Positions 48,685 to 58,522 of a stretch of DNA of 64,000 nt are shown in pieces (within the stretch, counting starts at the first letter, position 1; each line of letters opens with the position of its first letter). Source of the DNA: Candidatus Fervidifonticultor sextus (GTDB lineage: Bacteria > Sysuimicrobiota > Sysuimicrobiia > Sysuimicrobiales > Humicultoraceae); assembly GCA_031459875.1 (NCBI GenBank), contig JAVKHQ010000003.1, forward strand, positions 73,144 to 137,143, in the 5' to 3' direction. The translations under genes were made by a program, and so were the position numbers. The notes below the pieces were generated by a model. It saw only the letters and a program-made list of their open reading frames with translations. It was not told the origin of the DNA and ran no database searches.

Positions 48685-50685
48685 GTGGGCGCGCGCGTGT
48701 CCGCGGTGATCCTGACCTGGAACTCGGCGCGTCACATCGGGGCGGCGCTGGGAGCCCTGCGGCGGGAAGTCGCCGGGATCCCCGCCGAGCTCATCGTCGT
48801 GGACAACGGCTCCTCCGACAACTCCCTCCAGATCGCCGCCGCCGCCGCCCCGGAGGCCCGGATCATCAAGAACCGGGAGAACCTCGGGGTGGCGCGAGGC
48901 CGCAACCAGGGGGTGCGCGCGGCGCGCGGCGAGTATGTCCTCTTTCTGGACAGCGACGCCGAGATGCAACCCGGGAGCCTGGCCGCGCTCGTAGGATTCC
49001 TCGACGCGCATCCGCACGTGGCGGTGGTCGGCCCGAGGCTCACCTACCCGGACGGACGGCTGCAATACAGTTGCCGCAAGTTCCCCACCGTCCCCGGCAA
49101 ACTGCTGCGCCTGCTCCCCCTGGCCTGGCGCAGGGCCGTGCCGTGGGCGGCCGATGAGGAGATGCTCGCCCTCGACCCGAGCGCCCCGACCCGGGTGGAC
49201 TATCTCATCGGCGCGTGCCAGCTGATCCGGCGCGAGGTGCTGGATGCCCTCGGCGGCCTCGACGACCGGATGTTCTACGGTCCCGAGGACGTGGACTTCT
49301 GCCTGCGGGTGTGGCAGGCCGGCCGCGAGGTCTGGTACCTGCCGGAGGCGGTCGTCGTCCACCACGAACAGCGGATCACCCATGCCCGCCTGGACCGGCT
49401 CACCCTGCGCCACGCCCTGGCGCTGGCCTACTACTTCCGGAAGCACCGGTACCTCTGTCGCCGGCCCGAGTTCGCTCGGGAGGTCGGCGGCCGGCCGAAG
49501 GTCCTCCAGCTGATCACGCTCTCGGAGTGGGGCGGGGCGCAGGCCTGCGTCCTGGCGCTGGCCCGGGGCCTGCGGGAGGCATACGACGTGACGGTGGGGT
49601 GCGCGCCGGGAGGGCCGCTGGTGGCACGTCTGCGGGCGGAGCGCATTCCGGTCGTGGAAATCCCCACCCTGGTGCGGACGCCGCATCTCGCGGCGGACCT
49701 GCGGACCCTCTGGCGCCTGGTCCGGTGGATGCGGCGGGAGCGCTTTGCCATCGTGCACTGTCACAGCACCAAAGCCGGCCTGCTCGGGCGGTTCGCGGCG
49801 CGCCTGGCCGGCGTCCCGGTGGTCCTGTTCACGGTGCACGGCTGGCCGTTTGCGGGGTGGTGGCACCCTGCAATGCGCGTCGCCGTCGCGCTGGCCGAGC
49901 GGATCGCGGCGCGGCTCAGTACGTTCGTGATCTGCGTGTCGGAACACGACCGGGGGAAAGCGCTGCGGATGGGGATCGGCGGGCCCGACCGCCTCGTGGT
50001 CATCCGCAACGGCGTCGATCCGGCGCCGTGGCTGGCCCGGCCGCTGCCGCCCCCGGCCGGTGCGGAGGTGGGTCCTCTGATCGCCGGGACCGCCGGCGGC
50101 GCCTGCACGGCGGTGGGGGTCGGCCGGCTGACCGAGCAGAAGGACCCCGTGACGCTGCTCGAGGCTTGGCGGCGGGTCCCCGCGCCCCACCGCCTGGTCC
50201 TGGTGGGGGAAGGTCCGCTGCGCCCGTCGCTGGAGGCCCTGGCGCGGCAGGACGGCCTGGCTGGCCGCGTGGCCATGCTGGGGGCCCGCGACGACGTGCC
50301 GGCGATTCTGGCGGGCGCCGATCTGTTCGTCCTGGCCAGCCGGTGGGAGGGGCTCCCGCTGGCCGTCCTCGAGGCCATGATGAGCGGGCTCCCGGTCGTG
50401 GCCACGGCGGTGGACGGCCTGCCCGAGGCGGTGGTCCCGGGCGAAACCGGGTTCCTGGTCCCTCCGCAGGATCCCGAGGCGCTGGCCGGGGCGGTGGGGC
50501 GGCTAGTGGCGGACGCCGAACTCCGTCGTCGGATGGGGGCGGCCGGCCGCCGTCGGGCGCTTCGGCACTTCACCGAGGCCCGGATGCTGGCAGAAACCGG
50601 TGCGCTCTACGACCGGGTGCTGACATGGTCGCGGGGGCGCTGGGGCCGCAGGAACACTGCGCTCGCGCGGGGGCCGACGGCATGA
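48685..50685 (+). CDS. Two-domain glycosyltransferase: N-terminal GT2 fused to C-terminal GT4
   Basis: VSAVILTWNS, VVDNGSSDNS and LDSDA (GT2), then a GT4 domain (SRWEGLPLAVLEAMMSGLPVV) in the same frame with no stop. GTG start with GGGAGG upstream. The first 98 aa of the ORF-table call are non-coding overlap. Confidence 0.75.
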   Translation: MGARVSAVILTWNSARHIGAALGALRREVAGIPAELIVVDNGSSDNSLQIAAAAAPEARIIKNRENLGVARGRNQGVRAARGEYVLFLDSDAEMQPGSLAALVGFLDAHPHVAVVGPRLTYPDGRLQYSCRKFPTVPGKLLRLLPLAWRRAVPWAADEEMLALDPSAPTRVDYLIGACQLIRREVLDALGGLDDRMFYGPEDVDFCLRVWQAGREVWYLPEAVVVHHEQRITHARLDRLTLRHALALAYYFRKHRYLCRRPEFAREVGGRPKVLQLITLSEWGGAQACVLALARGLREAYDVTVGCAPGGPLVARLRAERIPVVEIPTLVRTPHLAADLRTLWRLVRWMRRERFAIVHCHSTKAGLLGRFAARLAGVPVVLFTVHGWPFAGWWHPAMRVAVALAERIAARLSTFVICVSEHDRGKALRMGIGGPDRLVVIRNGVDPAPWLARPLPPPAGAEVGPLIAGTAGGACTAVGVGRLTEQKDPVTLLEAWRRVPAPHRLVLVGEGPLRPSLEALARQDGLAGRVAMLGARDDVPAILAGADLFVLASRWEGLPLAVLEAMMSGLPVVATAVDGLPEAVVPGETGFLVPPQDPEALAGAVGRLVADAELRRRMGAAGRRRALRHFTEARMLAETGALYDRVLTWSRGRWGRRNTALARGPTA

Positions 50686-52106
50686 TGGCCCGCTTTGCCG
50701 TCCGGACGCCGGCCCGGTCCAAGGGCGGCCTCCACGTCTCCGAGCGCAGGGTGCTCCTCGTGGCCGCCGACCTGGTCCTGCTGAACCTGGCCCTCCTGGC
50801 CGTCCTCGCCTGGCGGATGCGGGAGCCGTTTGCGGCGGCCACCGTGGCCAGCCGCGCGGGGTGGTTCGTGCTGCTCTCCATCATCTGGGCGGTGGTGGCG
50901 GCGGCCTCCGAAGTCTACGATCTCCGCCGTGCCGCCCGGTTGCCCGCGGGGGTCGTCCGTCCGGTGACGGCGGTGTTGGTGGCCGACCTGCTCTACCTGG
51001 CCGTCCCCTACTACACGCCGTATCTGCACGCGTCACGGTTGACGGTGCTGTCCTTCCTGGCGGCAACAACCGGCCTGGTGGCCGCGTGGCGCACGCTCTA
51101 CGCGGTCGTGCTGGTGCAGCCTTCCTTCCGGCACCCGGTCCTGATCCTGGGCGCCGGGCCGGCGGGTCGGGAGATCCTCTCCGTGATGCGGGCCTACGGC
51201 GAGACCGAGTACCTGCCGGTCGGCTTCGTGGACGGCGACCCGGCCCTTCGGGGCCGGGAGGTCGACGGGGTCCCGGTGTGGGGCCAGGCGCGCGACCTGA
51301 CGGCCATCCTCGGCCGCACCGACGTCTCGGAGGTGGTGGTGGCCCTGCCGCCCTCCGACGGTATCGACGGCGAGTTGTTCCAGACCCTGGTGGACTGTCA
51401 CGAGCGCGGCATCACGGTGACACCGATGTACCGCCTGTTCGAGCAACTCACAGGACAGGTGCCGATCGAGCACGCGGGTCAAAACCTCTCCGTGGTCCTG
51501 CCGCTGGACCGGACGCCCCCGGTCATCTTCGATGCGGCCAAGCGGCTCCTCGACCTGCTCCTGGGGGCCGTCGGCCTGGCCTTCCTGGCCGTCGTTACCC
51601 CGCTCGCCGCGCTGGCGCTGTGGCTTGAGGACCGCGGCCCCGCCTTCTACCGGCAGCGGAGGGTGGGGCGGGGCGGCCGGGAGTTCGTCCTGCTCAAGTT
51701 CCGCACCATGACGCCCGATGCCGAAGCCAACGGCCCCCAGTGGGCCGATGTGGGCGACGCCCGCGTGACCCGGGTCGGCCGCGTCCTCCGCCGGCTGCAC
51801 CTCGATGAGCTCCCACAGGCGGTGAACATCCTCCGGGGCGAGATGAGCGTGGTCGGACCGCGGCCCGAACGGCCGGAGTTCGTCGCCGCGCTCCAGACGG
51901 TCATCCCCTACTACCGGACGCGGCTGAGCGTGCGGCCCGGCGTGACCGGCTGGGCGCAGGTGAACTTCGAGTACGGGGACTCCGTGGAGGACGCGCTGGT
52001 CAAGCTCCGCTACGACCTGTACTATGTGAAGCACCGCTCGATGGTCCTCGACCTGCTGATCCTGATCCGGACGCTGGGGCACGTCCTCAGGCGGGGCGGC
52101 CGCTAG
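50682..52106 (+). CDS. Polyprenyl-phosphate hexose-1-phosphate transferase (WbaP/CpsE-like initiating sugar transferase)
   Basis: Four N-terminal TM helices, a Rossmann-like central domain, and the C-terminal Bac_transf block (LLKFRTM, DELPQ, VVGPRP). ATGA overlap with the upstream stop. Confidence 0.85.
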   Translation: MMARFAVRTPARSKGGLHVSERRVLLVAADLVLLNLALLAVLAWRMREPFAAATVASRAGWFVLLSIIWAVVAAASEVYDLRRAARLPAGVVRPVTAVLVADLLYLAVPYYTPYLHASRLTVLSFLAATTGLVAAWRTLYAVVLVQPSFRHPVLILGAGPAGREILSVMRAYGETEYLPVGFVDGDPALRGREVDGVPVWGQARDLTAILGRTDVSEVVVALPPSDGIDGELFQTLVDCHERGITVTPMYRLFEQLTGQVPIEHAGQNLSVVLPLDRTPPVIFDAAKRLLDLLLGAVGLAFLAVVTPLAALALWLEDRGPAFYRQRRVGRGGREFVLLKFRTMTPDAEANGPQWADVGDARVTRVGRVLRRLHLDELPQAVNILRGEMSVVGPRPERPEFVAALQTVIPYYRTRLSVRPGVTGWAQVNFEYGDSVEDALVKLRYDLYYVKHRSMVLDLLILIRTLGHVLRRGGR

Positions 52107-52205
52107 GGAGGGAATCGTATCAGTACATCCGACATCGGCGTGAGGCTTATCGTTGATGGAGGCTAGGCACGGACCGTCTGGTCTGGTATTGTCGGCGGTG
52201 CGCCC

Positions 52206-53183
52206 ATGAAGGCCATCATTCCCGTCGCCGGGGTCGGCCGACGCCTGCGGCCGCACACCCACACGCAGCCCAAAGCCCTCATGCATGTCGCAGGCCGTCC
52301 CATCCTGGGGCATATCCTGGATGCACTGGTGGCGGCGGGCATCGACGAGGTGGTCCTGGTCGTCGGCCACCTCGGCGAGAAGGTCGAGGAGTACGTCCGC
52401 AGCCGCTACGCGATTCCGGCGCACTTCGTGGAGCAGGCCGAACCGCTGGGCAACGGCCATGCCATCTACGTCGCCCGCGAGCACCTGGACGGCGACGGTG
52501 TGCTGATCATCATGGGAGACACGATCATCAAGGCCGACCTGTCCAGGGTGCTGGCGCTGGAGGAGTCGGCCATCGGGATCCAGGAAGTGGCCGACCCGCG
52601 GCGCTTCGGCGTCGTCGAGGTCTCCGACGGTCTCGTGCGCCGGCTGGTGGAGAAGCCCGAGGTGCCTGCGAGCAACCTGGCCGTCGTCGGCCTCTACCTG
52701 ATCCGCCAGCCGCGGCGGCTGCGGGAGGCCCTGGAGCGCATGGTCGCCGAACGCCGGCAGGTGCGCGGCGAGTACTGGCTGGCCGATGCGCTCCAGATGA
52801 TGGTGGAATCCGGGGTGCCCATGCGGACCTTCCGGACGTCGGGGTGGTACGACTGCGGAACGCCCGAGGCCCTGCTGGAAGCCAACCGGGAGCTGCTGGC
52901 GGCCGAGGCACCCGCGGTCCCGACCACGCCCGGCGCGGTCGTCCTTCCGCCGTCCTACGTGGATCCGACCGCGGAGGTCGAGGGATCGGTGATCGGACCC
53001 TACACGTCGATTGCCGAGGGCGCCCGCGTGCGGCGTTCGGTCATCCGTGACAGCATCGTCAATGCCGAGGCCAGCGTTGAGGGCGTCCTGCTGGAACACT
53101 CCATCATCGGCGAGCACGCGTCGGTGACCGGGCGCGCGGCGCGGATCAACCTCGGCGACTCCTCGGAAGTCGTCGTGGGATGA
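52206..53183 (+). CDS. Sugar-1-phosphate nucleotidyltransferase with C-terminal left-handed beta-helix (mannose-1-P guanylyl- / glucose-1-P thymidylyltransferase family)
   Basis: GVGRRLRPHT signature (GxGxRLxPxT), with LbH hexapeptide repeats at the C-terminus. Confidence 0.75.
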   Translation: MKAIIPVAGVGRRLRPHTHTQPKALMHVAGRPILGHILDALVAAGIDEVVLVVGHLGEKVEEYVRSRYAIPAHFVEQAEPLGNGHAIYVAREHLDGDGVLIIMGDTIIKADLSRVLALEESAIGIQEVADPRRFGVVEVSDGLVRRLVEKPEVPASNLAVVGLYLIRQPRRLREALERMVAERRQVRGEYWLADALQMMVESGVPMRTFRTSGWYDCGTPEALLEANRELLAAEAPAVPTTPGAVVLPPSYVDPTAEVEGSVIGPYTSIAEGARVRRSVIRDSIVNAEASVEGVLLEHSIIGEHASVTGRAARINLGDSSEVVVG

Positions 53184-53202
53184 GCCCGGCTGGAGCGGCG
53201 GC

Positions 53203-54210
53203 ATGCCGCGCTACCTGGTAACCGGCGGCGCCGGGTTCATCGGCGCCCACCTGGTCGGGGCGCTGGTCGCCCGCGGCGAGTCCGTGCGGGTCCTCGACAA
53301 CTTCTCGACCGGCTCGGTGCGCAACCTGGCCTTCGCGTTGGGCCGCCGCGTCGAGCCCGGCGCGGAGAGGGAGGACACGCTGGCGGGCGACGGGGTCGAG
53401 GTGCTCCGCGGCGACATCCGGGATCCAGCGACCTGCGCGGCCGCCTGCGAGGGGGTCGAGATCGTGCTCCATCAGGCGGCGATGCGCTCCGTCCCCCGGT
53501 CGGTCGACGATCCGCGCGGGGCCACCGAACACAACGTCGCCGGCACCCTGAACCTGCTCATTGCCGCGTCCCAGGCCGGTGTGCGTCGGTTCGTCTACGC
53601 CTCGTCCTCCTCGGTGTACGGCGACGAGCCGGCCCTGCCCAAGCGAGAGGACCAGCTCCCCTCACCCATCTCGCCGTATGCGGCCTCGAAGCTGGCCGGT
53701 GAGTACTACTGCCGGGTCTTCGCCAGGACCTATGGGTTGGCCACGGTGTCGTTGCGCTACTTCAACGTCTTCGGGCCGCTGCAGGACCCGCGCTCGCAGT
53801 ACGCGGCGGTCATCCCCCGGTTCATCGCCTGGACACTGGCCGGCCATCCCCTGGAGATCCACGGCGACGGGTTGCAGTCCCGCGACTTCACCTACGTGGA
53901 CAACGTCGTGGCCGCCAACCTGCTGGCGGCCGAGGCGCCGGATCTCGCCGGCGAGGTGTTGAACATCGCCTGCGGAGACCGGTCAACGCTCCTGGAGGTC
54001 GCTGATCTCATCGAGCGGCTGGTGGGCCGCCGGGTTCCGCGGCAGCATGTGGCGCCGCGGCGCGGGGATGTCCGCCACACGCTGGCCGACATCTCGAGGG
54101 CCAGGGCCGTCCTCGGCTACGAGCCGCAGGTGCCCTTTGCCGAAGGTCTGGCCCGGACGGTGACCTTCTTCGCCCATCAGACCGAAGCCGCACGATTTTC
54201 GGGAGGATGA
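53203..54210 (+). CDS. NAD-dependent nucleotide-sugar 4-epimerase (WbpP/UDP-GlcNAc 4-epimerase-like)
   Basis: VTGGAGFIGAH, SSSVYG, YAASK (YxxxK). Confidence 0.85.
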   Translation: MPRYLVTGGAGFIGAHLVGALVARGESVRVLDNFSTGSVRNLAFALGRRVEPGAEREDTLAGDGVEVLRGDIRDPATCAAACEGVEIVLHQAAMRSVPRSVDDPRGATEHNVAGTLNLLIAASQAGVRRFVYASSSSVYGDEPALPKREDQLPSPISPYAASKLAGEYYCRVFARTYGLATVSLRYFNVFGPLQDPRSQYAAVIPRFIAWTLAGHPLEIHGDGLQSRDFTYVDNVVAANLLAAEAPDLAGEVLNIACGDRSTLLEVADLIERLVGRRVPRQHVAPRRGDVRHTLADISRARAVLGYEPQVPFAEGLARTVTFFAHQTEAARFSGG

Positions 54211-54215
54211 GGATC

Positions 54216-55517
54216 ATGCACGTCTGCGTCATCGGCGGGTTGGGCTACGTGGGGCTGGTGACCAGCGCCGGATTGGCCGAACTCGGGCACTCGGTGGTCG
54301 CGGTGGACACCGACCGGGACCGCCTGGCCCGCGTCCGGCGGGGGGACGTGCCGTTCCATGAGCCCGGCCTGCGCGAGTTGATGGACCGCCACACCGCGAC
54401 CGGGCGCCTCCGCTTCCAGGGGAGCCTTGCCGAGGGGGTGCGCGGGGCCCGGGTCGTGTTGGTGGCCGTCGCCACCCCGGCGCGCCCCGACGGCGAGACC
54501 GACCTGGGCCAGGTCATCTCGGCTTCCGAAGAGCTGGCACGCCACCTGACGTCGCACACCATCATCGCCATCAAGAGCACGGTCCCGCTGGGCACGGGCC
54601 AGGCGCTCAGGCGCATCCTCCAGGGGCACGGCCGGGTGGAGGGGCGGGACTACGACCTGGTCGCAGTGCCCGAGTTCCTGCGCGAGGGCCACGCCGTGGC
54701 CGACTTCCTGCACCCCACGCGCATCGTGATCGGCGCCGCCGACCCGCAGATCCGCCAGGAGGTCCGCCAGCTCTTCGCCGGCCTGGAGGCGCCGGTGCTG
54801 GAGACGACTTTTGAGCAGGCGCTGCTCATCAAGTATGCGTCCAACGCCTTCCTGGCCATGCGGGTCTCCTTCGCCAACGAACTGGCCGGGCTGTGCGAGG
54901 CCTCGGGCGTGGATGTGGTGGCGGTCCTCCACGGCATGGGGTACGACCCGCGGATCGGCCACGCGTACCTGGCCCCGGGACTGGGCTTCGGCGGCCCCTG
55001 CCTGGAGAAGGACCTGCGCTCGCTGATCCGGATCGCCGAGGGGGCCGGCTACGAACCCGCGTTCCTGCGGGCGATCCTCGAAAAGAACGAGCACCAGGTC
55101 CGGCAGATCGTCCGGCGCAGCGTGGATCTGCTCGACGGCGACCTCTACGCCCGAACCGTCGGGGTGCTGGGGCTGGCCTTCAAGCCGGGAACGAGCGACG
55201 TCCGCAACTCCCTGGCGCTGCGGGTGATCGACCGGCTGCAGCGCCTGGGCGCGGGCATTCGCGGCTGCGATCCGCTGGCCAACGGGGAGGCCCGGCAGGT
55301 GCTGCCCGGGGCCGCCATCGTCGACGACCCCTACGAGGCGGCGCAGGGCAGCCACCTGGTCATGGTGCTCAATGCGTGCGAGGAGTTCCGGCACCTGGAC
55401 CTGGAGCGGCTCCGCTCGGTGGTGGCGCGCCCGAACCTGGTGGACGGGGTGAACGCCCTCGACCCCGAAGCCGCCAGGCGCGCGGGCTTTGTCTACCGCG
55501 GCGTGGGCCGGCGCTAG
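54216..55517 (+). CDS. ugd: UDP-glucose 6-dehydrogenase (nucleotide-sugar dehydrogenase)
   Basis: N-terminal GxGYVG Rossmann, catalytic GFGGPCLEKD, UDP-binding C-terminal domain. The ATG at 54216 has better RBS spacing than 54207. Confidence 0.85.
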   Translation: MHVCVIGGLGYVGLVTSAGLAELGHSVVAVDTDRDRLARVRRGDVPFHEPGLRELMDRHTATGRLRFQGSLAEGVRGARVVLVAVATPARPDGETDLGQVISASEELARHLTSHTIIAIKSTVPLGTGQALRRILQGHGRVEGRDYDLVAVPEFLREGHAVADFLHPTRIVIGAADPQIRQEVRQLFAGLEAPVLETTFEQALLIKYASNAFLAMRVSFANELAGLCEASGVDVVAVLHGMGYDPRIGHAYLAPGLGFGGPCLEKDLRSLIRIAEGAGYEPAFLRAILEKNEHQVRQIVRRSVDLLDGDLYARTVGVLGLAFKPGTSDVRNSLALRVIDRLQRLGAGIRGCDPLANGEARQVLPGAAIVDDPYEAAQGSHLVMVLNACEEFRHLDLERLRSVVARPNLVDGVNALDPEAARRAGFVYRGVGRR

Positions 55518-55543
55518 ACCTCGCTGGAGCGAGCGGGTTCTGT

Positions 55544-56338
55544 ATGCGACGTGACCGGCGACGTGGGGGCGGCTGGGTCGACCTCCTGCGCTACCGGGAC
55601 CTGCTGCTCAACCTGGTGGCGGCGGAACTGCGGGCCAAGTACCGGGGCTCGGCGCTGGGGTTCCTCTGGTCACTGCTCAACCCCCTGGCGCTCATAGTCA
55701 TCTACTCGATCGCCTTCCGCTCCATCATCCGGATTCCGATCGAGCGCTTCCCGGTCTTCCTGATCGCGGGCGTCCTGCCGTGGACCTTCTTCTCCAGTTC
55801 GGCCATGGCCGCCACGGTCTCGCTGATGGTCAACGCCAGCCTGCTGAAGAAGGTCCGGTTCCCGCGGGAGATCATCCCGGCCTCGGTGGTGCTGTTCCAC
55901 CTGGTCCAGAAGGTGCTGGCCCTGGTGGTGTTCCTGCCGTCGCTAGTGGTCCTGGCCGGGCACCTGCCGTGGACCCTGGTGTTCTACCCGCTGGTGTTGG
56001 GCCTGCAGGTGGTCTTCGTCATGGGGGTCGCCATGGCGCTGTCGGTCCTCACGGTCGCCTTCCGTGACCTCCGCCACCTGACCGAGGTCGCCCTGACGAT
56101 GCTCTTCTGGCTGACCCCAATCGTCTACCGCACCGACATGGTGCCCGCGACCCTCCGCCCGATCTTCGCGGCCAACCCCATGACCTCGTTCGTCTCGGCC
56201 TTCCAGGACATCACCTACTGGGGCCGGCCGCCGGACCCCGGCACCGTCCTCGCCATGGCCGGGTGGGCGGGCGCTTCGCTGGTCATCGGGCACGCGATGT
56301 TCCGCCATCGCGCGGCCTACGTGGCGGAGGACCTCTAG
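55544..56338 (+). CDS. ABC-2 type polysaccharide export permease (Wzm-like)
   Basis: Six TM helices and the ABC-2 signature region (LNPLALIVIYSIAF...). Confidence 0.8.
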   Translation: MRRDRRRGGGWVDLLRYRDLLLNLVAAELRAKYRGSALGFLWSLLNPLALIVIYSIAFRSIIRIPIERFPVFLIAGVLPWTFFSSSAMAATVSLMVNASLLKKVRFPREIIPASVVLFHLVQKVLALVVFLPSLVVLAGHLPWTLVFYPLVLGLQVVFVMGVAMALSVLTVAFRDLRHLTEVALTMLFWLTPIVYRTDMVPATLRPIFAANPMTSFVSAFQDITYWGRPPDPGTVLAMAGWAGASLVIGHAMFRHRAAYVAEDL

Positions 56339-57145
56339 GTGGGGCCGGCGATCGAGGTCCGCGGGGTCTGGAAGCGGTTCATCCTTCGCCACAACCGCGT
56401 GGAGACGCTCAAGGGCCGCGTGTTGAGCCTCTTCGACCCCCGCCAGCGCGAGCGTCGGGAGGTCTTCTGGGCCCTGCAGGACATTACCCTGGCGGTCGAG
56501 CCGGGCGAGACGGTGGGGGTCATCGGGCCCAACGGGTCGGGCAAGAGCACGCTGCTGCGCCTGATCGCCGGCACGTTGCCCGCCACGCAGGGCGACATCG
56601 TCGTCCGGGGCCGGGTGTCGCCCATGCTGGAGATCGGCGTCGGATTCCACCTGGACCTGACCGGCCGGGAGAACATCTACCTGAACGGCTCGCTGCTGGG
56701 CCTGTCGCGCCGGGAGGTCGAACGGCTCTACCCGGCGATCGTCGAGTTCGCCGAACTGGAGGACTTCATCGACGTCCCGGTCAGGAACTACTCCAGCGGC
56801 ATGCATGCGCGTCTGGGGTTCGCCATCGCCGCGCACCTCGACCCCGATGTCCTGCTGATTGACGAGGCCCTCAGCGTGGGCGACGAGGCGTTCCAGAAGA
56901 AGTGCCACGACCGGATGGACCAGGTCCGGCGCCGCGGGAAGACCGTCATGTTCGTCTCCCACAACCTCCGGGCCGTGGCCGCGCTGTGCGACCGGGTCGG
57001 CCTCCTGGTCCACGGGAAGATGCTGGCGGTCGGCCCGCCCGACGACGTGATCCCCAGATACCAGGACCTGGTCGCCGCGGCCCAGGCCGGTGCCGGGCGG
57101 ATGCTGGGCCCGGACCTCCCGCAGGTTTTCGGGGTCCGCCGGTGA
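56339..57145 (+). CDS. ABC transporter ATP-binding protein (Wzt-like, no C-terminal carbohydrate-binding domain)
   Basis: GPNGSGKST, LSGGMHARL-type signature (SSGMHARLGF), LLIDEALSVGD. GTG start abuts the Wzm stop. Confidence 0.85.
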   Translation: MGPAIEVRGVWKRFILRHNRVETLKGRVLSLFDPRQRERREVFWALQDITLAVEPGETVGVIGPNGSGKSTLLRLIAGTLPATQGDIVVRGRVSPMLEIGVGFHLDLTGRENIYLNGSLLGLSRREVERLYPAIVEFAELEDFIDVPVRNYSSGMHARLGFAIAAHLDPDVLLIDEALSVGDEAFQKKCHDRMDQVRRRGKTVMFVSHNLRAVAALCDRVGLLVHGKMLAVGPPDDVIPRYQDLVAAAQAGAGRMLGPDLPQVFGVRR

Positions 57146-58206
57146 AGGCGCTGGTGCTGGCCGGGGGCACCGGGACGCGCCTGCGGCCGCTCACCCACAC
57201 GATGCCCAAGCAACTGGTGCCCGTGGCCAACCGGCCGGTGCTGCACTACGTCATGCAGCACCTCCGGGATGCGGGCCTGCAGCAGGTGGGGGTCGTCATC
57301 GCGCCCGAGACCGGCACGCAGATCCAGGCCGCGCTGGAGGCCAACCCCTGGGGCCTGGACTTCACCTACATCGTGCAGCCGCAACCCCTGGGCCTGGCCC
57401 ACGCCATCCTGGTCGCCCGCGACTTCCTCGCCGACGACCCGTTCGTCATGTACCTGGGCGACAACCTGATCGGCCAGGGCATCCGGGAGTTCACCTGTCT
57501 CCTGGCGGAGTCCGCCTCCGATGCGGTGATCCTGCTGAAGGAGGTGGCCGACCCGCGCCTGTTCGGCGTGGCCGAGGTGGACGCGCAGGGTCGGGTGGTG
57601 CGCCTGGTCGAGAAGCCCGAGCATCCGCCCAGCCGCCTCGCCCTGGTCGGCGTGTACGGCTTCTCGCCGGCGATCCACCAGGCCGTCGAGACGCTCCGGC
57701 CGTCGCGCCGGGGGGAACTGGAGATCACCGACGCCATCCAGCGATTGCTGGATGAGGGCCGGCGCGTCTCCAGCACGGTGTTGCAGGGGTGGTGGCTGGA
57801 CACCGGCAAGAAGGATGACCTGCTGGAGGCCAACCGCGTCGTGCTGGACGAGTGGGTCGAGCGCGACCTGCGGGGCGAGGTCGACGCGGCCAGCCGGGTG
57901 GAGGGACGGGTTGTCCTGGAGCCCGGGGCGCGGCTCGTCGCCTCGACGGTGCGGGGCCCGGCCGTCATCGGGTCGGGCACGGTGGTCGAGCGCTCCTTCG
58001 TCGGCCCCTACACCAGCATCGGCGCCGGGTGCGTGGTGTCCGACTCCGCGATCGAGCACCTGGTGGTGATGGACGGGGTGCGGCTCCTGGGCGTACCGCG
58101 CCTGGAGGACAGCATCATCGGGAAGAACGCTACGGTGCGCCGCGCGGGCGGCAACCACCGCGGCCACCGTCTGATCATCGGCGAGGACTCAGAGGTCGAA
58201 CTTTGA
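57142..58206 (+). CDS. Glucose-1-phosphate thymidylyltransferase-like nucleotidyltransferase (long form with C-terminal LbH)
   Basis: LAGGTGTRLRPLT signature, with LbH repeats at the C-terminus. GTGA overlap with the upstream stop. Confidence 0.8.
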   Translation: MKALVLAGGTGTRLRPLTHTMPKQLVPVANRPVLHYVMQHLRDAGLQQVGVVIAPETGTQIQAALEANPWGLDFTYIVQPQPLGLAHAILVARDFLADDPFVMYLGDNLIGQGIREFTCLLAESASDAVILLKEVADPRLFGVAEVDAQGRVVRLVEKPEHPPSRLALVGVYGFSPAIHQAVETLRPSRRGELEITDAIQRLLDEGRRVSSTVLQGWWLDTGKKDDLLEANRVVLDEWVERDLRGEVDAASRVEGRVVLEPGARLVASTVRGPAVIGSGTVVERSFVGPYTSIGAGCVVSDSAIEHLVVMDGVRLLGVPRLEDSIIGKNATVRRAGGNHRGHRLIIGEDSEVEL

Positions 58207-58261
58207 ATGATGGCCCCGGTCCCTTCCGGTGTCTTCGGTAGTTGATTTCCATTGCATGATG

Positions 58262-58522
58262 ATGTCGAGGATGAAGACGCGCACCTTGAACATTTCGATG
58301 CCCCTGCCGCTTGTGGAGGCACTCGACCGTCGGGCACGGGCGGAAGCCCGCTCACGCAGCGAGGTCATCCGCGCGGCGACGCTGTCCTATCTTCAGTGGT
58401 GGGAGGACTGGCGTGCGCTGCAGGCCTACGGCCGCAGCCGGGCCAGGCGGGTGGGGGTACGGCTCCGGGGTCTTGAGCGACTGATTGCGCAGGTCCGCGC
58501 CCAACGATCCGCCCGCCGCTGA
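58262..58522 (+). CDS. Ribbon-helix-helix (CopG/Arc-family) antitoxin
   Basis: N-terminal beta-strand, then two helices (TRTLNISMPLPLVEALDRRARAEARSRSEVIRAA). It overlaps the PIN gene start. Start ambiguous (58229, 58262 or 58274). Confidence 0.65.
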   Translation: MSRMKTRTLNISMPLPLVEALDRRARAEARSRSEVIRAATLSYLQWWEDWRALQAYGRSRARRVGVRLRGLERLIAQVRAQRSARR

